Source: Octopus vulgaris (Eukaryota). From it: DNA of 64,000 nt. The translations under genes were made by a program, and so were the position numbers. A model generated the notes under the pieces. That model made no database searches. It was not told the origin of the DNA and was given only the letters and a program-made list of their open reading frames with translations. The DNA is taken from positions 127,224,001 through 127,288,000 of the forward strand of contig OX597815.1 in assembly GCA_951406725.2 (NCBI GenBank), in the 5' to 3' direction. Each line of letters begins with the position of its first letter. The first letter of the stretch is position 1. Shown here in pieces: positions 29,905 through 43,859 of this stretch.

Positions 29905-30580
29905 TATGATGTACCTTAGAATGGAGTTTGGGCTCAAGAAGTATGGTACAATGTACTTGAAAAGTGGCAAGGTACAGTCCCTAGCAGGGATAGAATTACC
30001 TAATGGAGACCAGATTAAACGAATTGAAAATGAAGGCTACAGATACCTTGGCATACCAGAGTTCAATGAGATAATGGAGAAGGAAATGAAAGAGTAACTG
30101 AAGATGGAATATTTCCAAAGAACGAGATTGGTGTTGGGCTCAAAATAAACCAGATAGAATAAAATACATTTTAGGGTGGTATGTAAAAAATACTGTGGAA
30201 CTATTGTTGAAATATGTGAAGAAAGCCAGCATCATTAAAACAGATAATTGTGTAAAGAAAGAAAAATTTAAAGAGGAAAAGAACACAAAAAAAAAAGAAA
30301 CAGCATGGAAGAGAAAAAATATATGGTCAGTTTGCAAGAGATACAAACGCCAAGACAGATATTGAAGACTGATGGTTATGGATGCAGAAGAGTGACCTGA
30401 AGATAGAGAGAGATGCCCAAGAACAAGCATTAAAGATAAACTATGCAATGTGCAGAATTGGCAACACAACTGAGAACAACAAATGCAGAAAGTGTGGTGA
30501 GAGGGGTGAAATGGTATGGCACATTGTTTGTGAATTCTCAAAATTGGCACAACACAAATATAGAAGATGGTTCAATGATG
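29905..30580 (+). mobile_element. R4/Dong-type LINE fragment
   Basis: MEFGLKKY..YRYLGI; AQEQAL..CRKCGERGEMVWHIV. Confidence 0.8.
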
Positions 30581-30589
30581 GGCCTTTCT

Positions 30590-31750
30590 TCTCACATCAG
30601 TAACCCATCTCAACTTTCCTGTGTGTCATTGTTATGGATATTAGTGCTATTGCAAATAGCAAAAGTGAAAACGAGTCACCTTGGAAGATACCCCTTTTAA
30701 TATCAACTTCTCCAAGGAAAACATTGTTTGAATACAATTTGGTTTTCCATTCATCCATGCTATGCATCAGAAAGTTTGTGATGTCACCAATACCAAACAT
30801 CTGCAGGTACTCTTTTACTCTTTTACTTATTTCAGTCACTTGACTGTGGCCATGTTGGAGCACCGCCTTTAGTCAAGTAAATTGACCCCAGTACTTATTC
30901 TATCGGTCTCTTTTATCAAACTGCTAAGTTACGGGGACATAAACAGACCAGCATCGGTTGTCAAGCAATGTTGGGGGGGGGGGGGCAAACACAGACACAC
31001 AAACATCCAAGAATGAGTCATCATATCATATGCCTTCTTAAAGTCAATTCAAGCCATAGACATGTTTGTATGATTTTTTTTAGAATGACTCTAAACTGTT
31101 TTATTGATGACCAGGTGATCCTTGGTACCCTGAGAACTCTTCCTACATCCTTTTTTTGCCCTTGGTAGTATTTCTTCCTGTGCCAGGAAAGTATATGTCT
31201 TTGTTGCACATATTTCAGTGAGTATCTTCCAGATTATGCTTAGGCATGCTATAGGACAGTAGATTCCCCACCCTATTCCCCTTTCTTCTATTTTTCATTA
31301 TAAATGTTGTTCGCCCAGTCTCCATCCACGTGGGGAGTGTATCTTTCTGGACACACTCATTCAATGGGGCTGTGTGACATCTCTTGTACTGTGTGGCATC
31401 TCTTCAGCCAAAAGCCATGAATCCCATCTGGTCCAGGGTCTTTCCAGTTAGGCACTTTACCCACTTGTTCTTTCACCCGTGCTTATGATAATATTCCTTT
31501 GTTTCTTTCCTCCTTGTAATTTTGTTGTGATAGTTCCTATCCGCATTACATCCCTTCTATGCACTACATTGTTTCCCCATAATCTACTCCAGAACTCTTT
31601 GGCTTGATTTGCATGAGGAGCAACATTTTTCCCATTGTCTCCTACCGTTCGGAAGAATTGCTTTGGGTTATTTTTGAATAATCTGTTCTTCTTGAAGTGC
31701 TTATTTCTGTTCACAAATCTTCTGATCTTCAGACTTTTTGCAGTGATCCT
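30590..31750 (-). mobile_element. R4/Dong-type LINE fragment interrupted by a SINE piece (30807..31005)
   Basis: IKRGIFQGDSFSLLLF; NRLFKNNPKQFF; PNWKDPGPDGIHGFWLK. Confidence 0.8.
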
Positions 31751-31959
31751 CTTATTATTATTGTTGTTGTTTATGATTATTATAATTATTTTACATATGA
31801 GCAACAGATTAAACCAGTGGAAATGAAAAATGTCTAACAGGCTACAACAAGAAACCTTAGATTCCAAGAACCTTCCTAAGTATCCTAGTTGTCCTTAATA
31901 TCACTTTTTTCTTTTTGAGCTGCACTAAACTAGGTTTTATGTCTATTTCCTCATGGAAA

Positions 31960-32640
31960 TGCCATCAAGAAATGGATTAACATGGAAGAGATGCAACAGA
32001 GTTGAAACAGTGTAGCAAGGATGTTTTCCAGATTGTATAAAAGGATAGATCAGTATTAACAGAAAAAAATTGTTTGAGACAGACCAGAGGAAATTTTATC
32101 AGCAAATAAATAGCAGAGAAGAAAGTACTGAGAAACCGGATGCAGAAGCTGGAAATTCTGAAGTAATATTTGAGATAAGCCAATCAATCATAATGGAAAT
32201 GAAGCATGGTTAAAGAAAGTAAAGGAAGAAGTCATTAGTGAGAATCAGCCAGAGATAAAACTAACCAGAGAATTAATAAGTAAAGCATTAGGGAAAATGC
32301 TGAATTGGAAGGGCCTGGGACCGAATTTAGTCCAAGGCTACTGGTTATAGAAATTTGGTTGCTTACATGGGACTCTGAGGGAATAACTTCAAGATTGCCT
32401 GTATGAAGGAGTAATATCAGATTGAATGACTAGAAGAACAATTCTCCTTATGAAAGACAAAAGCAAGGGCAATGTAAGCTAGTAGTAATAGACCAATCAT
32501 TTGCTTACCATGATATGGCAGCTTTTAAGAGGAAAGCTCTCGGAAAGCATTTATAAGCACCTTGTCAGACAAAATTTGCTACCAGAGAAACAGAAAGATT
32601 GAAGGCTAGAGGAACTCATGATCTATTATACATAGACAAA
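31960..32640 (+). mobile_element. R4/Dong-type LINE fragment
   Basis: NWKGPGPNLVQGYWL; RPIICL; LLPEKQK..THDLLYIDKAV. Confidence 0.75.
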
Positions 32641-32645
32641 GCAGT

Positions 32646-33030
32646 TACTCTTTTACTCTTTTATTTGTTTCAGTCATTTGACTGCGGCCATGCTGGAGCA
32701 CTGCCTTTAGTCGAGCAGGACTTATTCTTTGTAAGCCTAGTACTTATTCTATCAGTCTCTTTTGCTGAACTGGTAGACTACAGGGACGTAAACACACCAG
32801 CATCGGTTGTCAAGCGATGTTGGGGGGTGGGGGCAAACACAGACAACAAACACACACATATATGTATATACACATATACATATATATATGACTGGCTTCT
32901 TTCAGTTGCCGTCTACCAAATTCACTCACAAGGCTTTGGTCGGCCCGAGGCTGTAGTAGAAGACACTTGCCCAAGGTGCCATGCAGTGAGACTGAACCCA
33001 GAACCATGTGGTTGGTAAGCAAGCTACTTA
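32646..33030 (-). mobile_element. tRNA-derived SINE (same family as 49943..50298)
   Basis: tactcttttactc tail, cagtcatttgactgcggccatgctggagc block, B-box-like ggttcagtc. Confidence 0.88.
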
Positions 33031-33308
33031 TTTCATTAAGATTTGCCATAAAGGCATTACAAAGAGTAGCTTGCGGGCTGGACATATACATTGATGAGGT
33101 GAATGATGAAACAAGGATAATATTGACGAGAGAAGGCAGAAAATGCCCGTCGATTTTCTACTTCTCTAAAACATTGTTCTTCTTTTTCCATCAAAAGCGA
33201 CAATTATTGGACTTAATAGTCCATTACAAATATATATAATAAATATACACACAATCTATAAGATCAATCCTCCTCATCATTAATGATAATAATAATAATA
33301 ATAATAAA

Positions 33309-33347
<39 letters not shown>

Positions 33348-33595
33348 GTAGGTGTAAACACATGAACAAAATAAAAATAAACAAAAACAAAAAACAAATT
33401 ACACAAACGTATATAAACAGGAGATACAAATATTACAGGCACTTCACCCCCCACCATACACACACACTAACTAAACATAGACACACATAGAGGTATACGT
33501 ATGCGCAAATGAAGACACATACAATAGGAATACAAAATACAAAATGGCTGACCGTTAGTAAGGAGAGACAAACAAATAAGAAAGAAGAAAGCAAA

Positions 33596-33640
33596 GGACC
33601 ACTGATGAGGTCACAGGAGCGTGACGAAAGAATTCTGGCT
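33596..33640 (+). ncRNA. Short hammerhead-like motif
   Basis: cca-CUGAUGA-g-gucac aggagc gugac-GAAA-gaau-UC-ugg; stems I and III weak. Confidence 0.5.
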
Positions 33641-33752
33641 GAAATAAGATTAAGATTAATGTAAAAAATAAATAACGCTGAAGCAAAGTAACACTAAATA
33701 TATAGTGCGTGTGTTTTTATTGGCTAAACTGGCAAAATGACCATTCCTAAAT

Positions 33753-33815
<63 letters not shown>

Positions 33816-33900
33816 TGTATGTATGTATGTATGTATGTATATATTGGGTCATCCATAAATAATGTGGTTGTTTCAATTGCATGAACTTAAATATGGATGG

Positions 33901-34181
33901 CTATTCCACATCAGAGACATGGTATGAATATTTAGATGGGAAAAATTTTGCAGATTGCAAGGAATGTAAATCACAATTTATAAAGAATAAAATAGAAATA
34001 TACAGATTAAAAGTAGTTAGAAGAATAATTCTCTTGCCTATATTTTTCTAACTACTTTTACTGTTTATTCTTCTATTTTTCACTCCTCTGTTTTTCTGTT
34101 TTAATCCTATTAATTTCATTTCATGTAATCTGTAAATTTTCCTCGTCTAAGTATTCATACCTTGTCTCTGATGACAGAATA
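33901..34181. repeat. Imperfect fold-back (inverted repeat)
   Basis: catcagagacatggtatgaatatttaga / tctaagtattcataccttgtctctgatg; inner aaaagtagttagaa / ttctaactactttt. Confidence 0.8.
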
Positions 34182-34335
34182 CCCTGTGCATGGACATGCC
34201 AACCAACCACTAGGGTTATCTCATAAATGGCTGCAAGACTTCAAATTACCATAATTTAAATTCTAAATTACCTGAGATACTCGTTCAGTCTTGGTTTTGA
34301 TTTTTCGTCTTATATAATACAATATATATATATAA

Positions 34336-34940
34336 ATATGCTTTCAGTGTGAATGTTTTTGTTTTTTTTATATGGCACCATTTTTACAATCCTGTAAATA
34401 ATAATAATGGCATTTTTATATAAGCTTAAAGCTTATGGCGATCACCATCCAATGACTAAGGAAAATAGTCTAATAAAGGGGCATATAAGCACTCAACAGA
34501 AAAAAGAAGGCTTTCCTATTCACATGAAATCGAACCCACATTCCTTTGTTAATGTGGCTAAGTCATTGCATGGTGATCACCATAAGCTTTAAGTTTATAT
34601 AAAAATACCATTATTAGTATTTACAGGATTTTAAAAATGGCACCAAATAAAAAAAAACAGTCACACCAAAAGCATATAGAAAGTTTTTTTACATTAAAAA
34701 AAAAAACAAACACAAACATGAACTATTATAGTTCTTAAATTTGAAAGGAAAAAGGAGGGTGATTCATTGATGTAAAGGTAACACAGTCGCATTAACAAAG
34801 GAATGTGGCTTTGAATCTCACATAGATAAGAAAGCCTTCATTTTTCTGTTGAGGGCTAATATGTCCCTTTATTAGACTATTTTCCTTAGTTACTGCATGG
34901 TGATCACCATAAGCTTTAAGCTTATATAAAAATGCCATTA
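34336..34940. repeat. Three-part inverted repeat cluster
   Basis: 34336..34460 inverted at 34559..34677; 34405..34558 inverted at 34787..34940. Confidence 0.85.
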
Positions 34941-35199
34941 TATATATATTAATATTATTAATAGTTAGGGAATATAATAATTCCAAGCTAAAAGGGAAAA
35001 AGATTTCAATTTAGCACACTGAATCAAAATTCACAATATATTAATGTTTGATTTGTTATGAGATTTTTAGAATGATAATTATAAGATATTAAATTAATTT
35101 CTATGTGGTTATTATAGATAATATCTTTTTGCTATTGATGGAATAACTAAATAGCAGTTTGTCTCTAAATTAAATATGTGTGTGTATATATATATATAT

Positions 35200-35710
35200 G
35201 CATATGGATGAGGACAGCATCTTAAAGAACTGCTGATCTCTAATTATGAAGGGAACCTGTGAAAGGGGTAGACTCAGTAAGACATGGGATGAAGTGGTGA
35301 GAAAGGATCTTCTGGCACTGGGTTGACAAAGGACCAGGACGTGTGACAATTTCCTGTACTTGAGAAGACACATCAAGTTAGATAAAATCACAGCCATCCA
35401 TAAACACAGGTATATTGCTTATGGCCATGCACCTACACACACTTCCAGCTGAGAAGTCTTTGTCTTGCAGGTGCCAGTGACAAGTAAAATGTATTTGTGT
35501 CAGTGTTACATAAAGACACTCATGCCAGTGGCATGCAAAAGGCACGCAGTACATACTGTAAATTAGTTGGCATTAGGAAGGACATCCAGCTGTAGAAAAA
35601 ATGCCCAAAACAGACAACTGGAGCCTGGACAGCTCTCCAACTGACCAGCTCACATCAAACTGTCCAGCCCATGCCAGCATGGAAAGCGGATATTAAATAT
35701 TGATGATGAG
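35200..35710 (+). mobile_element. RTE LINE 3' end
   Basis: MDEDSILK..GTCERGRLSKTWDEVVRKDL, then the conserved ttaggaagg.catccagctgtag tail and (GAT)n. Confidence 0.8.
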
Positions 35711-36409
35711 TGTATATGTCTGTTATTCCTGTTTGGATTAATTTATTCTCTAACTCTTCTGAGTGTTGCTTCACCTATTCATACACTTGTACTTAAACAA
35801 GTTACTCATAAGCAAAACTCTGAGTAGCAAGAGACTGACATGGCAGTAATTAAAATATTAAGCTCTACTATGGTATTGAGCATTCTTTTCTCCAACAGTA
35901 AAGACTAAGCTGATAGAGAGAGAGAGAGAGAGAGATTTACATTTGTATACATATCTGATATACCTATATTTGTATACATGCATATGTATGTGTGAGCAGA
36001 CCTGGGTTTATATATCTGTTTCCAATTATATGTAAAAACTCACACATTAAAATACATGTTACATATAACTACACATGGTATTGTGTATAAAGAAAAAAAA
36101 AATCCATGACATCATTCTTAAACAGAGCTTACCTTATTGCAAGATCCATTAAAAATTTTATGATGTTAGAGGTAAATCTTCATAAGTTAAAATGGCAAAT
36201 GGTTTTAAAGTTCACCTTTGCTTATTATGCACCCAGAGATTAGTGAACAAACAATTTTATCTTGAGATTACAATTATTACACTGTCATATATTTATCTAT
36301 GTAACACTGCAAACCTCTTTATATCTGCAGTAGTGAAGCTAATACAGAGAACATAAAATTGTAGCTGACCTGATAAGAGAAATAACTATAATTAATTTTG
36401 GTTTGATTT

Positions 36410-37676
36410 TATTGGGTTGTCTGGAAAGTTTGTGTCAATTTTTAAAGGAAAGTAAAAGGTCAATAAATACTTGCCATTACATTTTTAATCAACCAAATAT
36501 GAACCACTTTGTTGCACAATACGTCTCCCTCTTTCCTTTAACTTGAAAATACCCTCTTCCCAGAATTGAGGTAGCTTCATGGCAAAGAATTCATCAAGGT
36601 ATCTTTTTGTGTCATCCAAGGAATCGAAATTTTTATCATTAAGACTATTCTGCAGAGATCTAAATAAGTGGAAATCCGAAGGAGCAATATCTAGTGAATA
36701 TGGAGGGTGGGGGTAACACATCCCAGCTGAGCTGCAGCAATTTTTGCCTGGTTCCCAAAGAAACATGCGGTCTTGCATTATCATGTCAGAAAACAACACC
36801 CTTCCTGTTGGCCAATTCTGGAAGTTTCTCTTGAATTACTGCTTTTAACTCATCCAGTTGTGTGCAGTATTTCTCAGAATTAATTGTCTGGTTACTTGGG
36901 AGAAGCTCATAGTACAGAATTCTTTTCTAATCCCACCACACAGAAAGCAAGACTTTTGGGGTAGCTAAGGATGGCTCATGCCGCTTACTCCAGGTTCGCT
37001 TTCTCTGAATATTTCGGTAGATAATCCATTTTTCATCACCTGTCACAATTTGCTTTAGAAAAGGTGCATTTTCATTCCGTTTATAAAGTGAATCATAGAT
37101 GGAAATGCGATCCAAAAGGTTCTTCTCACTCAACTCATGTTGTACCCAAACATCATAGCGATTTGTAGGCCTAAGCTTTACCAGGTGCTCATGAATGATG
37201 GATTTTGATAGGTTGAGGCTTTCTGCCAATTCTCAGGTTGCGCAATGTGGGTTATTCTCAAATAATGACTTGATATGGTCATCATCTGTAGTGGATGATC
37301 TGCCTGATTGCTCTTTATCAATAAGGCTACAATCTCCTGCTCAGAACCTTGTGAACCACTTCCGTACAGTTCTTTTGGATAAAGAAACATCAGCATAAAC
37401 TGCGCATATTTCTTTGTTGCTTGTGAGGTATTTTTCCCTTTACAGAAAAAGAAAAGCGTCAAGTGCCGAAAATGAATTTTCTTGTCTTCCATTTTAAAGT
37501 GTTACAGAATTAACACAGGTGATAGAAACATAAACCTTCTTCCACGAAAAGATAGCTTAAACTGTGCTCTGAATGGTGGTGTAGTCAAATCCTATTTTAT
37601 GGACTCAACCATGTTCTAAAATAAGTCAAAAGTTAAGCTACTATAAATCGGCTTGAACTTTCTGGACAACCCAATG
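36410..37676 (-). mobile_element. Mariner (DD34D) transposon, full length, decayed
   Basis: TIRs tattgggttgtctggaaagtt / aactttctggacaacccaat; [31 protein letters not shown]. Confidence 0.93.
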
Positions 37677-38224
37677 ATTTGCAAGATTCTTGATGTGAAG
37701 TCATGTGTTGAAACATGTTATGCTGTATGCTTGGACGGTCATGTGCCAATAATAAGTACTGGTTGTATTTCACTTCTTTATTTATATTTGTTAATTGGCT
37801 AACTATTTAACCAGTTAACTAATCAATTTGCTTCATTAAATGTTCAATCACTCACTCATTCAGAGAAGTTTGGCAAAGTCCCTTCATTATCATTCTGATT
37901 CAAGTGGACTGAAGTATAGCGTGCATGTCATTTTTGTGGTTGCAAAGTACAATGAATGGACTTTGACAAATCTAACTCATATTAGAATTAAACAATGGTG
38001 TTGGATTGACAGATTCATTAGAATGTCAGACAAAATTCTTTGTGATATTTGTTGCAAATTTTTATATTCTGAATTCAAATCCCACCCAGGCCAAATTTGG
38101 CATTTTTTCTTTTGAGTTAGGCAGAAGGGTGTTACAAGTGGAGCAGGCAGAATCATTAGAGATTCAGGAAAGTGCTTTGAAACAGTTCTTATGCTTTTTT
38201 ACATATATATATATATATATATAT

Positions 38225-38430
38225 GGTGGTTGGCACTCAGTCGATAATGACGTTGAGGGTTCCAGTTAATCCGATCAACGGAACAGCCTGTACATGTGTA
38301 CCCTTAACGTAGTTCTCAGGGAGATTCAGTGTGACACAAAGTGTGACAAGGCTGGCTCTTTGAAATACAGGTACAACAGAAACAGGAAGAATGAGTGAGA
38401 GAAAGATGTGGTGAAAGGGTACAGCAGGGT
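38225..38430 (-). mobile_element. 3' part of tRNA-Arg-like SINE
   Basis: Matches 44998..45240. Confidence 0.8.
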
Positions 38431-38837
38431 TGTATGATAAGAATATAGAAATATAAGAATATAAACATAAAAAATAAAAAACATAAAAAGTATATAAGGA
38501 GTACCATGAAAGTATAAAGTATAGTTAGAATAGATTAAAGGAGGCGATTGGGAGGATCAGTCCAAACCTATAGCGGTTTCAGAAAAGTTTTAAGGGACTC
38601 TAAGAACTAATCCAAATTTAACTCCCTGTATAAAAACATTTCCTTCCTTAGGGTTCCTTTCTCATGGTAAAATCCAGTAAGGTACTATATGGTGAAATTT
38701 CAGTTGGTTAAAATTTCTTAATCTTTGGTTCATATATGAGCGAAAAAACAGTTGTATTATATATTGGAGCTTTATCTCCATTAAAACTGTCTTGTCGCTT
38801 CGCCAAGACTTCCTACACTACCACCACCACCACCACC

Positions 38838-39506
38838 ACCACCACCATATATAAACTAACGCACACACTCGGATTCCCCCTACTCGAATTTTAATACCTC
38901 TGCTGAAGTATACAAATCTCAGAAGTTGCTCAGATAAGAATTTTTGTCTTTTCAACCTCGTTCATCTACTCTTCTATTTCTGCACAGATCATAAACCCCT
39001 TATTAGTTCTTTTCATTATTCTGTCTATTTCATTACCATGTCAACATGTAAATATAGTTTCAAAAGTTTCATCTTCCTTGTTGTTGTCTTAAGATAACCT
39101 TAGTTCACGCATTTCCTTTACCACAACATATTCATTTATTCAAGTTTCTCACACAGTCACTTATTTCTCTAATTTTGTCATAGATTGGTTGACCGAAAAC
39201 TCTAAGATTTTTCAACTTTATTTTACTATTATCAATATTTGTTGTTTCGTTAAATTATGCTACCCAAATCCCAAAAGAATATTTGTCTCCCTCGTGTTCT
39301 GACCACCTTAACTCTGGTGCCCTCTCTCTCTCTCTCGGCCTCAGTCTGTATCTCTCTCTCTCTCTCAGCCTCACTCTGTCTGTCTCTCTCTCTTTTGATT
39401 ACCACTCGCTTCACCAAGACTCCCTCCTCCAGCCCCACCCCACCCTATATAAACTAGCAAATGCACTCAGATTCCCCGACTCAATTTTTTAATACCTCTG
39501 CTGAAA
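38838..39506. repeat. ~70-bp direct repeat pair (38838..38907, 39440..39506)
   Basis: tatataaacta..cactc.gattcccc.actc.a.tttaatacctctgctgaa present twice. Confidence 0.7.
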
Positions 39507-39759
39507 GAATACATATGGTCTAAATTTGCTAGTTCACAGTATGATGGCCCTCCCACCCCTTCCACCTGTACCAGAAGTTCCTATCCTTTGTCATCCTTTG
39601 GTTGTCTCCCATGAACACTTCTAAAGGCTTTACACCATCCACCCCTACTTAGGGCTTATCTCCTGTGTAAGGTAGTGATCATATAGTGCATAAATATGAT
39701 GGTGTAGTGTATGCAGGTTGAATTGAAGGCTATTGTTTGTTTATGAATTCTGCCAAATG

Positions 39760-40935
39760 CGAGCTTTCTTTTCAGGTACATGACACTGCTGTCCCCTGTT
39801 CCAGAGTCTCACAGGCCCACACCTCCCACACCCTCAGGGTTAGCACTCTCAACATCAGTACACTGAAAGGTAGGTCTGGTGAGATTGTTGAGATGCTTGA
39901 ACAGAGATGTGTCGATATGCGTTGCCTCCTAGAAGTAAAGTAGAGAGGAGGTTCTACTATGTTCCTCACAGGCAAAGAACACAGGTACAAGATTTTATGG
40001 GCAAAATACAGATTAGATTAGTGCTTCATCATAGGTTAGCAACCATTATCTGGGCCTATTCCCCTCAGCCAGGGCTACCTGATTGACAGAAAGACCAAGT
40101 TTATGACAGCCTCTTGCAGACTACCTTGTTGACAAATGACAGGGACCTTCTCTTTGTGGCTGGTGACTTCAACGGTGGTAGCAGGGAATTGTATCGGACT
40201 GCCAGAAAGGAAGCTACGATACAGGTTTATTTAGCCAGAGGGGAAGCAGATAAGAAAAAATTTGCCAATGTTCTGCGCCGTGAGAACCAAAGACTTGAGG
40301 TATTTCGTATTGCAAGACAGTGTGTGAGAGAAAACCCGGCAAGCCAAGTGAGACCATAACCCGTGGCTTATGCCAGGGGTGTACCAGCCCACTTATGCAT
40401 ACCTTTCTTTCATTGGACACTAAACTCTGCTTGCGAAGAACTGTTGAGGCTAGTGAAATCAAAATCAAAATCACTGATGTGGCCGATGACAGCACTGCCT
40501 GACTGGCATCTGTGCTAGTGAAATATTAAGAGCACCATACGAGTGTGATGGTTGCCAGGGCAGCTGGAACATAAAAAGCACCATTCAAGTGTGATCGTTA
40601 CCAGCGTCGCCTTACTGGCACTTGTGCCAGTGGCAGGTGAAAGACAACATTCGAAAGAGGTCATTGCCGCTGGACGGGCTCCTGTGTAGGTGGCACATAA
40701 AAAACATCATTTGAGCGTGACTGTTGCCAGTACCGTCTGACTGGCCCTTGTGCTGGTGGCACATAAAAGCACCCACTACACCCTCAGAGTGGTTGGCGTT
40801 AGGAAGGGCATCCAGCTGTAGAAACTCTGCCAGATCAGATTGGAGCTTGACGCAGCCATCTGGGTAGCCCATCCACAGTCAAACCGTCCAACCCATGCCA
40901 GCATGGAAAGTAGACGTTAAATGATGATGATGATG
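39760..40935 (+). mobile_element. Internally deleted RTE LINE (APE start + short internal piece + 3' UTR and tail)
   Basis: LRVSTLNISTLKGRSGEIVEML..CLLEVK; LFVAGDFNG; KKFANVLRRENQRLEVFRIARQCVREN; (GAT)n tail. Confidence 0.85.
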
Positions 40936-40949
40936 AGGAGGATATATAT

Positions 40950-41025
<76 letters not shown>

Positions 41026-41123
41026 CTCCTTAAATCCTTAAATCTCGAAAAATGTTTTAGCCCGAAGGCCGCGGCCATTCTGGAGCACCACCGCTATATA
41101 CATATATCTACATCTATATATGT

Positions 41124-41507
41124 GGAGGCGCAATGGCCCAGTGGTTAGGTCAGCGGATTTGCGGTCATAGGATCGCGGTTTCAATTCCCAGATTGGGCGT
41201 CGTGAGTGTTTATTGAGCAAAAACACACCGAAAGCTCTACAAGGTTCCAGCAGGGGATGGTGGCGAACCCTGCAGTACTCTTTCACCACAACTTTCTCTC
41301 ACATTTATTTCATGTTTCTGTTGTGCCAGTAATTCAAAGGGGCCAGCCTTGTCACACTGTGTCATCCTGAATATCCCCAAGAACTACATTAAGGGTACAC
41401 ATGTCTGTGGAGTGCTCAGCCACTTGCATGTTAATTTTATGAGCAGGCTGTTCTGTCGATCGAATCAGCTGGAACCCTCGTCATCATAACCAATGGAGTG
41501 CCAACAA
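41124..41507 (+). mobile_element. tRNA-Arg-derived SINE (resembles octopus OR family)
   Basis: ggaggcgcaatggcccagtggttagg A-box and ggtttcaattccc B-box; second copy at 44998..45382. Confidence 0.88.
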
Positions 41508-41675
41508 ATACTATATATATGTATATATATATATACACACACACATATATTTATATACACATACATGCATGCTTATATATACACACACACACATATATAT
41601 ACATAAATATGAAGCCCTTAAAATGCAGGATACTGAAATAGTATATTGTAATAAGAATGGGAACTCCGCTAAATC

Positions 41676-42942
41676 TATTGAGTTGGCAACCAAGTTCCCG
41701 CAGTTTTTTCTAATTTTGGAATTTATTTTTTTCGAGAATACTATTTTTGAATCAATTTGGAATCTCTTTTGTTCCTTTTTCTCGTTAATTTTAGTTAATT
41801 TTTGTTTATTTTGAGATCATTAAAATGGAACGTCAAGAAAATCGAGCCTTTTTGACACCTCTTTTTGCTTTTAATCAAGGTTCTAAGGCCACAAAAGCTG
41901 CTCGTGACATTTGTGCTATGTATGGAGAGGCTGCCATAGCTGAAAGAACCGCTCGTGATTGGCATGCCAAGTTCAAAAATGGAAATTTTAACCTCAAAGA
42001 CACACCTTGATCTGGCCATCCAGTTGAGTTAGATGAAGAGCGATTAAACCAACTTTTGCACGAAAATTCTCGTCAAATGACAAAGGAACTGGCAGAGAAA
42101 ATGGAATGCTCCCACACTGCTATAGAGAAGCGTCTTCACTCGATGGGAAAGTTCAGGAGTATGGAGCATAGGTTCTGCATGCTTTAAGTGACAACAACAA
42201 AAATCAACAAGCCACTATCTCTGCTGGTTTGCTTGCTCGTCACCACTCAACTCATGGACACAAGCAATGATTTCTTTACCGAATCATTACTGGTGATAAA
42301 AAATGGTGCCTGTACATCAATATGAAGCAGTGTAAGGAATGGCTTAGCCCCGGTAAATATGCGACACCGCGCATGAAACAAGATCTTCATCTGCGTAAAA
42401 CGATGTTGTGCGTATGGTGGGACTGGAAAGGGATTATCCATTACGAATTGCTTGAATGGAACCAAACAGTCAATACAGAACTCTATGTTCAACAGATGGA
42501 ACAACTTAACATGGCTATTCAAGAGAAAAGACTTAATTGGCAGCATGGAGTTCTTCTGTTGCATGACAATGCCCGCCCTCATATCGCCAATATGATCAAG
42601 GAAGCCATTCAAACACATGGCTGAGAAGTGCTTCCACACCTGCCGTACTCTCCTGATTTGGTGCCAACGGATTTTCACCTCTTTTGATCTCTTTCAAGTG
42701 TTATGTGCAGAATTTTATTCAATACTGATGCAGAATTAAGAGCTTGGTTGGATCAATATTTCTAATCAAAATCGGGTGATTTCTACTAGTGAGGTATTGA
42801 AAATCTTGTTGAACTATGGGAAGAAAGTGCAAACAAAAAGTGTCAGTGCATAATCGATTTATTAGTTGTAATTTTTTACTAAACCTTTTAAAAAATTTAA
42901 ATTAAAAAAAAAAACGGCAGAAAATTAGTTGCCAACCCAGTA
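41676..42942 (+). mobile_element. Mariner transposon, full length, decayed
   Basis: TA-flanked TIRs ttgagttggcaac / gttgccaacccag; IITGDKKW, MLCVWWDWKG, LLHDNARPH, YSPDLVPTDFHL. Confidence 0.93.
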
Positions 42943-43859
42943 ATTATAATAATGGAAGAATGATTAACAAGGAAGTGGGTGAATCTAATAGTAACAATGT
43001 ATCCAATTCATTTGTAAGTAGTAATGATATGATTAAAAATAGTAATAATACCAATAAGAACAAGTGCAGTAAATATATCCTGAATAAAAATGGATATATA
43101 AATAAACTTCTGTCTAATGAAACCAAGCCAAAACAAACTGGAACCTGGTGCAACTCTCCGGCTTACCAGCTCTAGTCAAACCAGCTAACACATGCCAACA
43201 TGGGCATTAAATGATGATGACGACGATGATAACGATAAAGATATGATGGCAGATTTTCATGTCCAAAGTTCATGTGAAAGAGTGGCACACTCTCAAGTGG
43301 CTACATAGACTGAGCCTCACCACCACAAGCCTTTTCTCCCCATCTGAACTTAGTAGTGAGAGTCAGTCCACAAAGTTTGGTCAGACTCTTTGTGTGTATG
43401 TGTGTGTGAATACCTCAGTCACTTTTTATCATTGACTGCATTTTTATATTCGCTCATATAGATATTTAGACTGATCTATCAGAGTATACATATCAGAACG
43501 CAGGTTTACTTCAATTGCTGAGTATTGATATAAATCAAGATATGGGATTTTATTTATTTGAAATGATTATGAATCATTAGATTGGAATGTAGAAAGATCT
43601 AAAAGGAAGTTAGATAAAGCTGTCTAAAATAGAATGTAACACAATGGTTGAAAACCCAGGTATGTTTTCTTATTTCACTAGCATACCTATGTCAACAAGA
43701 ATGCTGACAGTTTCATTAATGACAGGAAATGGCCCATCAGTACAACAGAACAATCATTGATAAATGTCAGCAATCTAGTAAATATATATGTATATACACA
43801 CAATTGAAGCACTTGAAAAATCAGATACAGTTGTAATATCTTGGTGAAAAATATCATCT

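Noticed and set aside
41124-41200. tRNA-Arg gene (also 45310..45382)
   Set aside because: Head of a ~385-bp SINE present in three copies; acceptor stem does not pair
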